Of a DNA stretch of 64,000 nt, positions 11,491 through 23,806 are shown piece after piece; within the stretch, counting starts at the first letter, position 1; the number at the start of each line of letters is the position of its first letter. The notes under the pieces are model-generated. The model was not told where the DNA came from. It did not search any database and was given only the letters and a program-made list of their open reading frames with translations. The DNA is from Octopus sinensis. Taxonomy: Eukaryota. The DNA lies in contig NC_043020.1 of assembly GCF_006345805.1 (NCBI RefSeq), forward strand, positions 186,001 to 250,000, read 5' to 3'. The position numbers and the translations under genes were made by a program.

Positions 11491-11946
11491 ACACTGATGA
11501 GCGACAAACACAGACATACATGCATATATACATGTGTGTGTGTATGTATTTACACACAATCTGGCTTCAAAATACACACAATCTGGCTTCCAAATACACA
11601 CATACACACACACACACAGAAAGAACACAAGATATAAAGATCAGATAGTCCCATTGTAGCACTGAGAATCTGAGGTTTTTAATTAATCTATGTATATTCA
11701 TTAAGTATCTTGGAAACTTAGAGTTGGTTGAGTTTGTTTAGAAATAGTAAATTAAAGTCATGCGTAAGAAGTAAATCTACAAAATGCTCAAATATTGAAT
11801 AGAATCATTTCAATTTAATGAACAGATACAAGTTAGTTGTCAGTTTGTGATTAGAACAGCAATAGTTAAAAACAAATCTTGAAAGCATTTTAGAACGTGG
11901 GTGTTAAAAAATCAGTTAAGCTGTAAAGCTTATCTCAAGTCTTTGA

Positions 11947-12694
11947 CCCTTCAGCATTCAGATTACTCTGTCAAATGTATGGCTTATTCATTCACAGTCT
12001 TTTGAATTAATCATGCATTATCTTGAAACTTAGAGATTTTGATGATTTGAATGACTATTTTGAGAATGACATTGTTGGGGTGGTGTGAGAGGCCTGATAT
12101 GGCCAGTTTGAACATAAAACTGGTAGAATATTTGGGCCAGATATGGCCAGTTTGAACATAAAACCGATAGAATATTTGGGCCTGATATGGCCAGTTTGAA
12201 CATAAAACCGGCAGAATATTTGGGCCAGATATGGCCAGTTTGAACATAAAACTGGTAGAATATTTGGGTCAGATATGGCCAGTTTGAACATAAAACTAGT
12301 AGAATATTTTGGCCTGATATGGCCAGTTTGAACATAAAACCAGTAGAATATTTGGGCCAGATATGGCCAGTTTGAACATAAAACCAGTAGAATATTTGGC
12401 CCAGATATGGCCAGTTTGAACATAAAACTGGTAGAATATTTGGGCCTGATATGGCCAGTTTGAACATAAAACCGGTAGAATATTTGGGCCAGATATGGCC
12501 AGTTTGAACATAAAGCCGGTAGAATATTTGGGCCTGATATGGCCAGTTTGAACATAAAGCCGGTAGAATATTTGGGCCAGATATGGCCAGTTTGAACATA
12601 AAACCGGTAGAATATTTGGGCCAGATATGGCCAGTTTGAACATAAAACCGGTAGAATATTTGGGCCAGATATGGCCAGTTTAAATGCTAAGTGG
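11947..12694 (+). mobile_element. MITE family D carrying an expanded 44-bp array
   Basis: TTGA|CCCTTCAGCATT ... AATGCTAAGTGG|TTAA termini; interior as at 2981-3178. Confidence 0.85.
12096..12681 (+). repeat. Minisatellite: 13 full 44-bp units plus a 14-bp partial unit
   Basis: GATATGGCCAGTTTGAACATAAAACCGGTAGAATATTTGGGCCA recurs at exact 44-bp spacing from 12096 to 12668; no unique spacers. Confidence 0.97.
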
Positions 12695-12864
12695 TTAAGG
12701 ATTGGAGCAAGGGTGGGGCAGGCCTAATATGAATTATGGAAGAAGAGAAGTTACATGAATTGACTGAACTTGGGATGCAAATAAACGGGTCCAATTATAT
12801 TACAGGTAGATATATTTTATCAACTTTAGGGAACTCAATGACAGTGAGGCATTGTCATTACATG

Positions 12865-13100
12865 CATCATCTGTTTTCCATGCTGGCATGGGTTGGATGG
12901 TCTGACAGGAGTTGGTCAGCCAGAGAGCTGCCTAGGTTCTAATTGCTTGTTTTGCCATGGTTTCTATGGGTGGATGACCTTCCTAATGTGACTCACCTTG
13001 TGGAGTGTACTGGTTGCTTTCTATGTGTCACCAGCATGGGTGCATTTACGTGGAACCAAGATGAGTGCATATTATGTGACATTTTGCATGGCACCAGCAT
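12865..13100 (-). mobile_element. Older family C copy
   Basis: TTTCCATGCTGGCATGGGTTGGATGG...GGATGACCTTCCTAATG. Confidence 0.65.
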
Positions 13101-13339
13101 CAGTGTAAACTATAGTTTCATATTCCCATTTGGGGAAAAATCTCTCTGGAATTTGGAACTTAAATCATTGTTTTTTTGTTGTTGTTTTTTTTGGGGTTTT
13201 TTTTTACCATTCTGATACTCCAAGAGCAAGGAAGGGTATCTCTGCATCTGACCTCTGTGTTGTTGCAAATCAGAAAAAGCCTGGGTCGCACAAAATTTGT
13301 TTAGTGAATAGCTCTTTCCTCAAACATTATTATCTCTTA

Positions 13340-13995
13340 ACTTTTACTTGTTTCAGTCTGGACTGTGGCCATGCTGGAACACCCACCTTGAAGGGTTTTT
13401 AGTTGAACAAATCACCCTAGTACTTTTCTTTTTAAGGTCTAGTACTTATTCTCTCATACTCTACTGGGGATGTAAACAAACCAATGATGGTTATCAAGCA
13501 GTGGTGAGAGACACACCGGCACATACATACATAAGTTTGTGTATGTATGTGTATATATATATATATATAGAAAGGGCTTCCACACAGTTTCTAGCCACCA
13601 AATTCATTCATGAGACATTGGTTGGCCTGGTGGGGAGGGGCTAGTTGAAAATACTTTGACAAAATGCTATGTGGGACTGAACCTGAAACCCACATGGTTT
13701 TTTAAGGTCTAGTACTTATTCTCTCAGACTCTACTGGGGACGTAAACAAACCAACAATGGTTATCAAGCAGTGGTGAGAGACACATAGGCACATACATAC
13801 ATAAGTTTGTGTATGTATGTGTATATATATACAAAGGGCTTCCACACAGTTTCTGCCCACCAAATTCATTCACGAGACATTGGTTGGCCTGGTGGGGAGG
13901 GGCTAGTTGAAAATACTTTGACAAGGTGCTATGTGGGACTGAACCTGAAACCCACATGGTTGCAAAACAAGCTTCTTAACCACACAGCCATGCCG
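13340..13995 (-). mobile_element. SINE family A with ~270-bp internal tandem duplication
   Basis: Units 13429-13698 and 13699-13961 both begin TTTTTAAGGTCTAGTACTTATTCTCTCA. Confidence 0.85.
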
Positions 13996-14305
13996 CATGT
14001 ATAATTTTTGTATAAAGAATTTTATTGTACGTAATGTGTGTATATTTTTTGATTGAATTGCATGTAATTTTGTTTAAAGGAATTCGTTCTCGTGTAAATA
14101 AATATAGACATAGAGCATTGTGGGCCTGCTTTATGTATGTCTGCGTATGTTCTAAGGTGAGTATTATTTCCAATAATAAAAAGAACTTATCTGCAATAAA
14201 AAGTATGTTTTACCTTCCTCTGATAACGTGGTTTCTGATAATGAATGAATGAAGAAAAGAGAAAATGAAAACATTCACTTCTTCAATTGAGGTATTGCCG
14301 AGTAT

Positions 14306-14362
14306 ATGTTTGTGTGTGTGTGTGGTGTGTGTGTGTGTGCATGTGTAAAAATGTACAGTACA

Positions 14363-14409
<47 letters not shown>

Positions 14410-14423
14410 GTCTATATATAAAT

Positions 14424-14455
<32 letters not shown>

Positions 14456-14526
14456 CTATATATAAATACATGTATATATATATATATAATATATATATAT
14501 ATATATTATATATATATATATATATA

Positions 14527-14564
<38 letters not shown>

Positions 14565-14608
14565 TATATATATATATATATGCATATATATATATATGCA
14601 TATACATA

Positions 14609-14680
<72 letters not shown>

Positions 14681-14694
14681 GCATATACATATGC

Positions 14695-14736
<42 letters not shown>

Positions 14737-14797
14737 CATATATGCAAATATATGTGTGTGTCTAAATGTGTGTATGTGTATAGAAAAGTATATAGTT

Positions 14798-14828
<31 letters not shown>

Positions 14829-14840
14829 ATGTATGTATTT
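14306..14840. repeat. Large compound (TG)n/(TA)n/(TATG)n microsatellite
   Basis: About 400 bp of interrupted (TA)n with TG-rich flanks. Confidence 0.97.
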
Positions 14841-15539
14841 GCCTTTGGTAGAGCAGGTGATTGATTGAATGATATGTTCTTGATCTAGAGAAACATTAAT
14901 ACGATATGAAACTGTTTAGGCTAGACTGTATTGGGACTAACAGACTTTTGGTCAATTGTTGGTTCTTTCAGTCAATAACAGACCAACCTATTAACCTACA
15001 TTTACCTAGCATTAATGATATCAATGTCTGCTTTGCTCTGTTGAAAACCAGTAATTGTGATCAGACGCCACTACACAGTACTTTTTGCCTGACAGCATCA
15101 TTTGCAAACTGCCACTTAGTGGTCAGTCTTTTATCACATACAATCGCTATCATTCTGTGAAGCTTTGTCATATATATATATATGTATGTATTTGTATGTT
15201 TACAAACATAAGTAAATGATGTGGTGTATGTTTGTGTGCATCATGGCAAGGAGGGAGAGTTGAGTGAGTTAGAGAAAAAGCGAGAGGGGAATTTGTGTAT
15301 ATACTGAGAGATAGAATGTATTTGTAAAGAGAAAAAGATAATATGTTTCCATGAGGAGAATGTGCTTGAGTGTATGTGTGTAAAAATATATATATACATA
15401 TATACATGGGTGCACATATACTCGTTGAAACTCTGTGTATGTGTGTGTGTATGTGAGTATATATATATGTGTGTGTATATATGTGTGTATATGTCTGTGT
15501 ATGTGTGTGTATATATGTGTGTATGTGTGTGCATGTATG

Positions 15540-15657
15540 CTTTCCATGCTGGCATGGGTTGGACAGTTTGACTGTGGGCTGGCGAGCCAGATGGCTGCAC
15601 CAAGCTCCAGTCTTGATCTGGCAGAGTTTCTACAGCTGGATGACCTTCCTAACGCCA
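15540..15657 (-). mobile_element. Family C fragment between microsatellites
   Basis: TTTTCCATGCTGGCATGGGTTGGAC...GGATGACCTTCCTAACGCCAA. Confidence 0.75.
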
Positions 15658-15702
<45 letters not shown>

Positions 15703-16729
15703 TATATAGATAGATATAGATATGTATAAAATGAGCTTTAAGTTTCCCTCTCCCAAATCCACTCATGAAGCTTTGCTCAAGGTGCTGTGCACTGAGACTC
15801 AACCTAAACTACCTGGCTGGGAACCAAGCCCCTTAACCAAGCAGCCGTACATAGTCATTAAATTAATTCACATTAAAATTTTTTTCCTTTTCACATTCAG
15901 TGGAAATCTAATTTGTTGCCTGATTAATCTGAAAAATGAATTTTTTTTTTTCTTCTTTTTTGCATGACTGAACTTTTTGCTTTTAGCTTCACCTAAATAC
16001 TTGAGAAATGTACTGCCTCAGAAGTTAATTGCCATGGGACCTTATAGCGAAAATTTGAAGACTTTTCATTATGTTGACCCCACCCCAACCTCAAAATTTT
16101 TTCATGAAACTCCCATAGATCCAGGAAGTGATACCATGTATGGACTTGTGCATGTGTGTGCATATATACATGTATTCACACATATTCATGCTGTAGGGGA
16201 GGTTTTCAAAAAATTATACGTCAAGCAACAGTGGGGCTGTCTTAGATTAATGCTTAAAATGTGTAATATTATTTTAGGAAAATTATTGATTGTTGGTTTA
16301 ATTAAATATGAATTTATTTTTTAACTAATTAAATTCAGAATATTTCACTAAAAGGTTTGCTTAAATTATAATTATTAGGTCATAATTTTAGCTAGGAATA
16401 AAAGAAGGTCGTTTAACCTTTCCTTTCTTTTCAATGTTTTAATCTAAAATAATTATTGCAACCTTTAAACCTTTATTGACCACCCCCGTCCATCAACCCC
16501 TGAGACTTATCAACCATCCATCTCTACACAAATTATTAAGACACATTAGCCTGGGGTAGTTTTCCACCTGGTCAGCTCCTGTGAAAATGTCCAGCACATG
16601 CCAGGCTTGGATGGCAGACATTAAACGATGATGATACGTGTGTGTATGTGTGTGTGATGCCCATAGGTGATACCCATAGTCTCTTGACTGAAACAGGTAG
16701 TAAAAGAAAAAGATGGGAAGATATAGTGT

Positions 16730-16879
16730 CTGTGTGGTAAGAAGCTTGCTTCCCAACCACATGGTTCCGGGTTCAGTTCCACTGCATGGCATCTTGGGCA
16801 AGTGTCTTCTACTATACCCTCAGGCTGGCCAAAGCCTTGTGAGTGGATTTGGTAGATGGAAACTGAAAGAAGCCTGTTG

Positions 16880-16910
<31 letters not shown>

Positions 16911-17105
16911 ATTTGTGTGAGTCTCTGTGCTTGTTCCCCCACCATCGTCTGACAACCGACAGTGGTGTGTTTACGTCCCCATAACTTAGCAGTTCGACAA
17001 AAGAGACTGATAGAATAAGTACCGAGCTTACAAAGAATAAATGCTGGGGTTGATTTGTTCTACTAAAGGTGGTGCTCCAGTATGACCACAGTCAAATGGC
17101 TAAAT
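16730..17105 (+). mobile_element. SINE family A, near full length
   Basis: CTGTGTGGTAAGAAGCTTGCTTCCCAACCACATGGTTCCGGGTTCAG...CTTGGGCAAGTG...GGTGCTCCAGTATGACCACAGTC. Confidence 0.88.
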
Positions 17106-18261
17106 GACACACAGACACACACATATTTGCGTGTATGTGTATATCAGACTCACCTGTCTCAGAAAAACAGTTAATATTATTACTGAGATTTGATGTGTAG
17201 AAATCAAAATGTATTTTAAAAGTATTATTAGGTTGATGTTTATGAAATTTGGTGCCAAGAGGCAAAGTAAGATAGAGATAGACAGAGAGAAAGAAAAGGT
17301 GAGAAATGAGAACAGTTCCATTCTTTGCTAGTTGAAATTAAGTTGTCAACACAGTTAACTTTTCATTTTTACAATTGGCAGCTGAAATGATGTTTTGGTT
17401 CTATGTGCTATGGAAACCATAGTTCGCCAGCAATGGCAATGAAATTCAATATCTTGAAAAACTGTATGGCTTTTGAAAGGTGTAAGTAATTTGTCTGGAC
17501 AGTTACTAAAAACTGGTTGCTTATTTCTGATAAAATTTAATATTTATTCTATCAGCAATGCTTTATTTTGCTTTGAGCATTTTTAAAATACTTTTTTATT
17601 TATATATTTATTAATTCATTTGTGTGTATGTATGTGTGTGTGCACGCGCGCACACTTCATTGTCATATGTAGCTATTTGTTTTACAAGTCTATAAATTTT
17701 TTTTTAAATTCTATCTGACATACATTCATTAAATATTTCTAAAAGATTGCTTAATGTACATTTTCTATTTTTTGGAGGTTTTTTTTTTTTGGTTTTTGTT
17801 AATGGTATTAAATCTATATATGGGGATGAATACTATTTGTTAAATCTCATCTATTCAACATTATCACTTTTAAACAAATGTGAATAAACAAAATGATATT
17901 GTTATAGAGTAACTAAATAACATGCAAACAAACCAAAAGAATAGTATTATTTGTATCTCCCCCCCCCACTTTCCTATCCCAAAACAAAACTAACATTTTT
18001 TTTAGTGAAAATATCATTCTTTTAAACAGGCTCCCATGACTTGCATAGTTCATATTTTCTCTACTGTTTTGGTTACGAAGTCTGTTTCCCAATCACATGG
18101 TTTTGGATTCGGTCTTACTGCACAGCGTCTCATGTAAATGTTTTCTATTATAACCCCTGGACAATCAAAGCCTTGTGAGCAGATTTAGTGGCAGAAACTG
18201 ACATCAACAGCATACAACTCTCACTGGTAAGAATAAAGTTTCTCAAATGGAAAAAGAATTT

Positions 18262-18339
18262 TGAAGGATCGCTTTTGCCCAGTGGTAGAACACTTTCCAC
18301 ATTTACAGGTGTATGTTCGAATCCCTCAGGCAGCCTTCA
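18262..18339 (+). pseudogene. Degenerate tRNA-like sequence
   Basis: A-box-like TGCCCAGTGG and B-box GTTCGAATCC with GAAGG/CCTTC closing arms; anticodon arm not resolvable. Confidence 0.3.
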
Positions 18340-18721
18340 TCTTTTTCTCTCCCAAAATATTTTTTCAATCCATTATATATATAGCTAATGATGAGGGATT
18401 ATTAATCTGGGTAAAATGCATCATAAGCCCTCTGTTGGCGCACCAGGCTAACAATATTACTTAGATTAGGGAAGAACTCCAAGTGTTCTCATGGCAGGAT
18501 CCAAGGTTATGGTTCATCACTATTCTGTATTGTAAATCTGTGGTCGAACTCCAATCAAACTGATTTTTACAGAGTGATATATAAGACAAGTTATTGACAA
18601 TAGTCATTTTCCCTTTTTCTAGAGCAAATATGGCTTCAAATTTGCTCTAATAAAGGAAAAATATATAATGACCATTATGTATACCTTGTCTTATATATAT
18701 GTGTATATATATATATATATA

Positions 18722-19100
18722 TCATCATCATCATTTAACGTCCGCTTTCCATGCTAGCATGGGTTGGACGGTTCAACTGGGGTCTGGGGAGCCCGAAGGC
18801 TGCACCAGGCCAGTCAGATCTGGCAGTGTTTCTACAGCTGGATGCCCTTCCTAACGCCAACCACTCCGGGAGTGTAGTGGGTGATTTTATGTGCCACCGA
18901 CACAGGTGCCAGACGGGGCTGGCGAACGGCCACGCTCGGATGGTGTTTTTATGTACCACCGACACAGGTGCCAGACGAAGCTGGCGAACGGCCACACTCG
19001 GATGGTGTTTTTATGTGCCACCGACACAGGTGCCAGACAAGGCTAGCAGGCGACTACGCTCAGAAGCAGACGACTACGCTCGGAGCAGACGACTACGCTA
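18722..19100 (-). mobile_element. Family C copy with 62-bp tandem units and short CGACTACGCT repeats
   Basis: (CAT)n tail; GTGCCACCGACACAGGTGCCAGAC unit x3; CGACTACGCT x3 at 19051-19099. Confidence 0.85.
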
Positions 19101-19110
19101 TATATATATA

Positions 19111-19300
19111 GTTAATCCAAACTTGAAAACACAAAGAGAAAACACAACAACGCAAGGACGTGGCACAAATATAGTATTATTGGACGCTCAGGAAGGAAGG
19201 GAAGAAGGAGGGTTTAACGTTTTGAGCAGAGCTCTTCGTCAGAAACATAGGAAATGAAAAGATCCAGAGAAGGGAAGACGGAGGAAAAAAATTGCCAACC
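19111..19300 (-). mobile_element. Penelope-like terminal-repeat fragment with minimal hammerhead motif (19212-19246)
   Basis: Minus strand GTTT-CTGACGA-A-GAGC-TCT-GCTC-AAAA-CGTT-AAAC: stems I and II intact, GAAA mutated to AAAA; flanked by (TA)n. Confidence 0.65.
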
Positions 19301-19522
19301 TGCAAAATATATATATACATACATATATATATATATATTGCAGTTTTTGAGTGTGTGTGTGTATATATTTTCATTAATTTTAGAGTTTGCTCTCTTACAC
19401 AAAATCCCACACATTCATTAGTTTCATATTATCTTGTGCTTTTCATTTCATGAATTGTCTAAGTTGCTCACCCCAACCCCTCTCTTATCACTCTTTTATG
19501 TGTGGGTACATCTATATATGCA

Positions 19523-19795
19523 CAGTAATCCCTCTCTTTACGAGGACCTGCTTTACGAGACCCCAGGTTTACAAGTTTTTATTCTATAATAAATATAAAC
19601 AGTTAAACAGCTATTTTGTGTGTGCGACAACATAGCAACATGTGGCAACATTGGTTCTGACACATCTGCCAGTGACAGAGTAAAATGACAGCATAAAATT
19701 TCATTGCTATTATGGGAAATTATTGCTCTGCTTTATGAGTTTTCACTTAACGAGCAGCCTCCAGGAACAAATTAACTCATAATTAGTCATTACTG
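19523..19795. mobile_element. pogo/Tigger-like MITE, decayed
   Basis: CAGTAATCCCTC...ATTACTG|TA termini; internal GCTTTA(C/T)GAG repeats; CCAGGAACAAATTAACTC subterminal motif. Confidence 0.6.
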
Positions 19796-20271
19796 TATTA
19801 TGTATATGATTATGATAGAAATATATTTACATAAATGTTATATATATCCTTAACATATGAAATGTTTTTTTTCTTATCATATTTGTGTTTCAAACCCTTC
19901 TATCAACCATCACAGACATGTTGTTATAACAGATGGTGGAGTAATACACCCTCACATGAGCGGGTGGCAACTCCTTCCCCACCCAAGTTGCCTTAGATGT
20001 GACTAGAAATTTTTCCATGCTGCTACCAAAAGTTACCCCATAGACTTTTTTCTGCTGCATCTATCAAAGAATCATCATCATCATCATCATCATTTAGTGT
20101 CTGTTTTCTGTGCTGGCACGGTTTAGAGAGTTTGACTGGAACTGATAACCCAGAGAGCTGTACCAGGCTGGCGTCTGGTTTGGCTGGGTGTATACACACA
20201 CACACACATCCATATACACACACACACATACACACATGTATACATACATATATAAAGGGAGTCTCAGCAGC

Positions 20272-20370
20272 AATTATTATTATTATTCAGGTCACTTCCT
20301 GGAATCGAACTTGGAATTTTGAGGTTAGTAGCCCGCACTCTTAACCACTACACCATATGCCTGTGGGCAT
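20272..20370 (-). mobile_element. SINE family H head (tRNA-like + (AAT)n)
   Basis: Minus strand GGCATATGGTGTAGTGGTTAAGAGTGCGGGCTACTAACC...GTTCGATTCCAGGAAGTGACCTGAATAATAAT matches the head at 22985. Confidence 0.75.
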
Positions 20371-21321
20371 TTGGCCTTAGAGAATCTGCCTCAACAAATT
20401 TCATTTGACCCACACCAGCATGGTAAAGTGTATGTTTGATGGTGATGGTGGTGATGGTCATGACTTTCAAGTCGACTGGACTCTGTTAGATGCAAACTGC
20501 ATAAGCTCGTTATCTATGTATGCTTATGTGTGTGTCTTTTGTTTGCGTTTAAGTGTTTGACGCAACATCACATCACCAGTTAAAAACCACTGGCATTGTG
20601 TCAAACAATGTAACTTAGCCATTCTATAAAATTTATAGATTGATAAAATAAGTACCAGAATTGGAAAAAAAAAAAAAAAAAAAAAGAAGTTTTGGTGTCA
20701 ATATGATTGGCTAAAACCCTTTGAAGGTGGTGCCCCAGCATGGCCGCAGTCCAGTGACTGAAACGAGTAAAAGAATAATAGCATAAAAGAACACCTAAAT
20801 TGGCAGTGTTCGCTGATAGAAAAATGTTGAAATTACCAGACATGATTCACTAGATTGATTGTTGTGGAGGGGCTTTGGTCGTAAACCAATGTTGGATGTT
20901 CTTTAGTCAATGATTTACTTAATGCCTAATTCCGCTAGTCTATTGAACCTTTGCATTCTGTTCTCTGTTCATTGTTGTATTGAACACTCATTTCATGTCA
21001 TCGCAATTCAATATTTCATTTGATATTTAATGAAAATCTTAACTCAATCAACCAGAGAAGTAATTACATTTCGAGATACAAATAGAATCATTATAAATAG
21101 ATTATAGTATATCATAGATTAAAACTTATTTTATACCTGTACAGGAAGCAGCTCGACAAATAACATACTTATTCAGCAGTCAGAATGTGATACAGTCTTT
21201 CTTTCTTTCTTTTTTTCTTTTTTTCTTTCTTTTTTTCTTTTTGCTGTTAAAGAAAAAAAAATGTAGATCAAAGTTACAGTAAATATAACTTGTTACAAAA
21301 ACAACCTGCTCTTGGAATACA

Positions 21322-21839
21322 CTATGGCTTTGACATACATTATATACACAATGCTGTGTGTATGCACATATGCATATTCATACTATATATGATGTATAAT
21401 GCAAATATATATATATTTATATATATCATGTATATATATTTATATATATTTATATATAGAGATGTATATATGTATTACATATTGTGCACTTGTATTATGA
21501 ATTTAAATGTATGAATTTGTATGGATTCTAGTGTATGTAGTCATACAGGTATGGATGTGTGTATGTATATATATATATATATATATGCTATGGCTTTGAC
21601 ATACATTATATACACAATGCTGTGTGTATGTACATTTGCATATTCATACTATATATGATGTATAATGCAAGTATATATTTATATTTATATATAGCATGTA
21701 TATATATTTATATATAGAGATGTATAACATATTATGCACTTATATTATGAATTTAAATGTATGAATTTGTATGGATTCTAGTGTATGTACTCACACAGGT
21801 ATGGATGTGTGTATGTATATATATATATATATATATGCT
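21322..21839. repeat. Tandem duplication of ~260 bp
   Basis: Units start CTATGGCTTTGACATACATTATA at 21322 and 21588. Confidence 0.92.
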
Positions 21840-22984
21840 GAGTGAGAGAGAGTCAGAGATTTTAAATTTTAAAATTTCTAGTTTTCCATAAGTAGATTTT
21901 ACTGCTGAAAAAATCTGAAAGTTGATCTAATTTTTCAAAGATTCTCGACGTTCAATAAAAGCTTGCGATATTCATCCATTAAACATTGAATACAAATTGA
22001 AAATAGACACATGTAACAATGCATCTCTTCTTTGTTCAGTTTAATTTCATTTAACATTGCAAGTTAATGCCCAGATTAAATTGTACACTTTCCAACTTGG
22101 CATCGTTATCTTTTATGGCAGTCCTTTCTTCTAATGAGCAAGTATCACATCTTAGCAAATACAGATTTTATTTCTGTTTTATTATTTTTTTTTTTTTTTA
22201 CATTTTAAACTTAATAAAGAAGATTGAATGTCTAAGACAAACATGAAACTGTTCAATTCACCCAACAATGCATGTGTCATTTAGTATTCATCTTATACTT
22301 GTCTGTTTGATGTTCCCATTAGATAAAATTTATTTTATGAATTAATAAGTAATTTTTATTTTTCACTTAAGTCTTATGGAAAATGTTTAAACAAATAAAA
22401 TGGCAGTAGATAGGAGAATCGTAAAAGATAACTGAATCATTTTTTTTATTTTTGTGATATAATGGCAACTTGGTTCTTTCTGTTGTCACTTTCTGTTCTT
22501 GCTAGCTTGTATGTGGTATTATTTCAAACACAACCAAGTGTATTGAGAAACTGGTTTAACTTCCATGCGTTTGTACTACTTCTTGTGATCTTGAAAGGAA
22601 GAAGGAATGATCGCTCACATCTGAATAAGAATAAATATAGAACTTGTAAACTAGGAGACAAGCAAACACACCTGAAGTAGACCTGGTATAGAGAGGGCAT
22701 GTCGTTAATGAGGTTAAGAAAACATTGACAAACCCAGGTGAATGATTGATTGGATTGATTGACTGACTAACTGACTGACTGAATGATTCATCAAACAATT
22801 GATGAGTTAATTAATAAAATAATTATTCAATTAAGAAATAAAAATGAAAAAAGTGAAGTAGAACCAAGTGTGTGTGTGTGTATGTGCATGCTTATTGGCA
22901 TAATGACCCTCCCAAGATACAAAACAAGGTATGTTTAAACATACAAGTTCAAGTCAAGACTCTTTGCAAAGCAAATACAAAAAC

Positions 22985-23312
22985 ATGGGCCTATGGCGTA
23001 GTGGTTAAGAGCATGGGTACTAACCCCCTAGATTCTGAGTTCTTTTCCAGGCAGTGACCTGAATACTACTACTACTACTACTACTACTACTAATAATAAT
23101 AATAATAATAATAATAATATAATAATAATAATAATAATATCGAAAAATACCTTAGGAATGAGAACCCAGGTTTGAAATTTCTCCCAAGACACCTGATGAA
23201 GGCTGGAGGGTGTATCAGCTGAAACATTGTCTTAACAACAAACACGATGAGGACAAATATCCGTCAAATGTAAATAATGTACGTAATTCCTCGTCTCTTG
23301 AATATAGAACTG
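22985..23312 (+). mobile_element. SINE family H: tRNA head + (TAC)/(TAA)n + hammerhead-bearing tail
   Basis: A box TGGCGTAGTGG; microsatellite 23065-23140; CTGATGA(23193)-A-GGCTG..CAGCT-GAAA; probable TSD TACAAAA(A)C at 22976 and 23313. Confidence 0.75.
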
Positions 23313-23342
23313 TACAAAACCAAAATATCACATATAGTTTAA

Positions 23343-23470
23343 CCCTTGAGCATTCACATTCCTTTGTCAAGTGTAATGTTTATACATTTACATTGTTTTG
23401 AATTTATCATCCATTGTCTCACAGCTTTAAAATTTTGATGATGTGATGATATTTTCTTTTGAATGACATA
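23343..23470 (+). mobile_element. MITE family D 5' fragment
   Basis: TTAA|CCCTTGAGCATTCAC...CATTGTTTTGAATT. Confidence 0.65.
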
Positions 23471-23489
23471 AAAAATTATTAAGGACTAT

Positions 23490-23806
23490 CTTTTACCTTT
23501 TTACTTGTTTCAGCCGTTAGACCACAACCAAGGATTTTTTAGTCAAACAGTATGTATCTTTTTTTTTTTTATGTGTGGTACTCATTTTATTGGTCTTGTA
23601 TGTCAAACAAATGAGTAACAGTAAGGTAGAGACAAATCAAAACACACACACACACATGACTTCCACACTGCTTTTATCTACCAAATTCTCTCACAAGACA
23701 TTAGTTTGCCCAGAGCTATAATAGAAGACATTTGTCCAAGGTGCTGCCCTGTAGGACTGAACCTGAAACCATGTTGTTGCAAAACAAGCTTCTAAGCCAC
23801 ACAGCT
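23490..23806 (-). mobile_element. SINE family A, decayed
   Basis: TTTTACTTGTTTCAG tail; AGAAGACATTTGTCCAAGG; GGACTGAACCTGAAACC. Confidence 0.75.

Noticed and set aside
11191-11637. GC-rich ORFs here and at 18751 and 38280
   Set aside because: Antisense reading of family C repeat units; frames are not conserved between copies.
12011-12643. Overlapping minus-strand ORFs (MFKLAISGPNIL...)
   Set aside because: A nearly stop-free 44-bp repeat yields the same peptide in all three frames; artefact.
12096-12681. CRISPR-like regular array
   Set aside because: Units are contiguous 44-mers with no unique spacers, there are no cas genes, and the array lies inside a eukaryotic MITE.
14306-14868. Long YI/YIC-rich ORFs (also at 42751, 43853-44502, 15241-15802)
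   Set aside because: Translations of (TA)n/(CA)n microsatellites.
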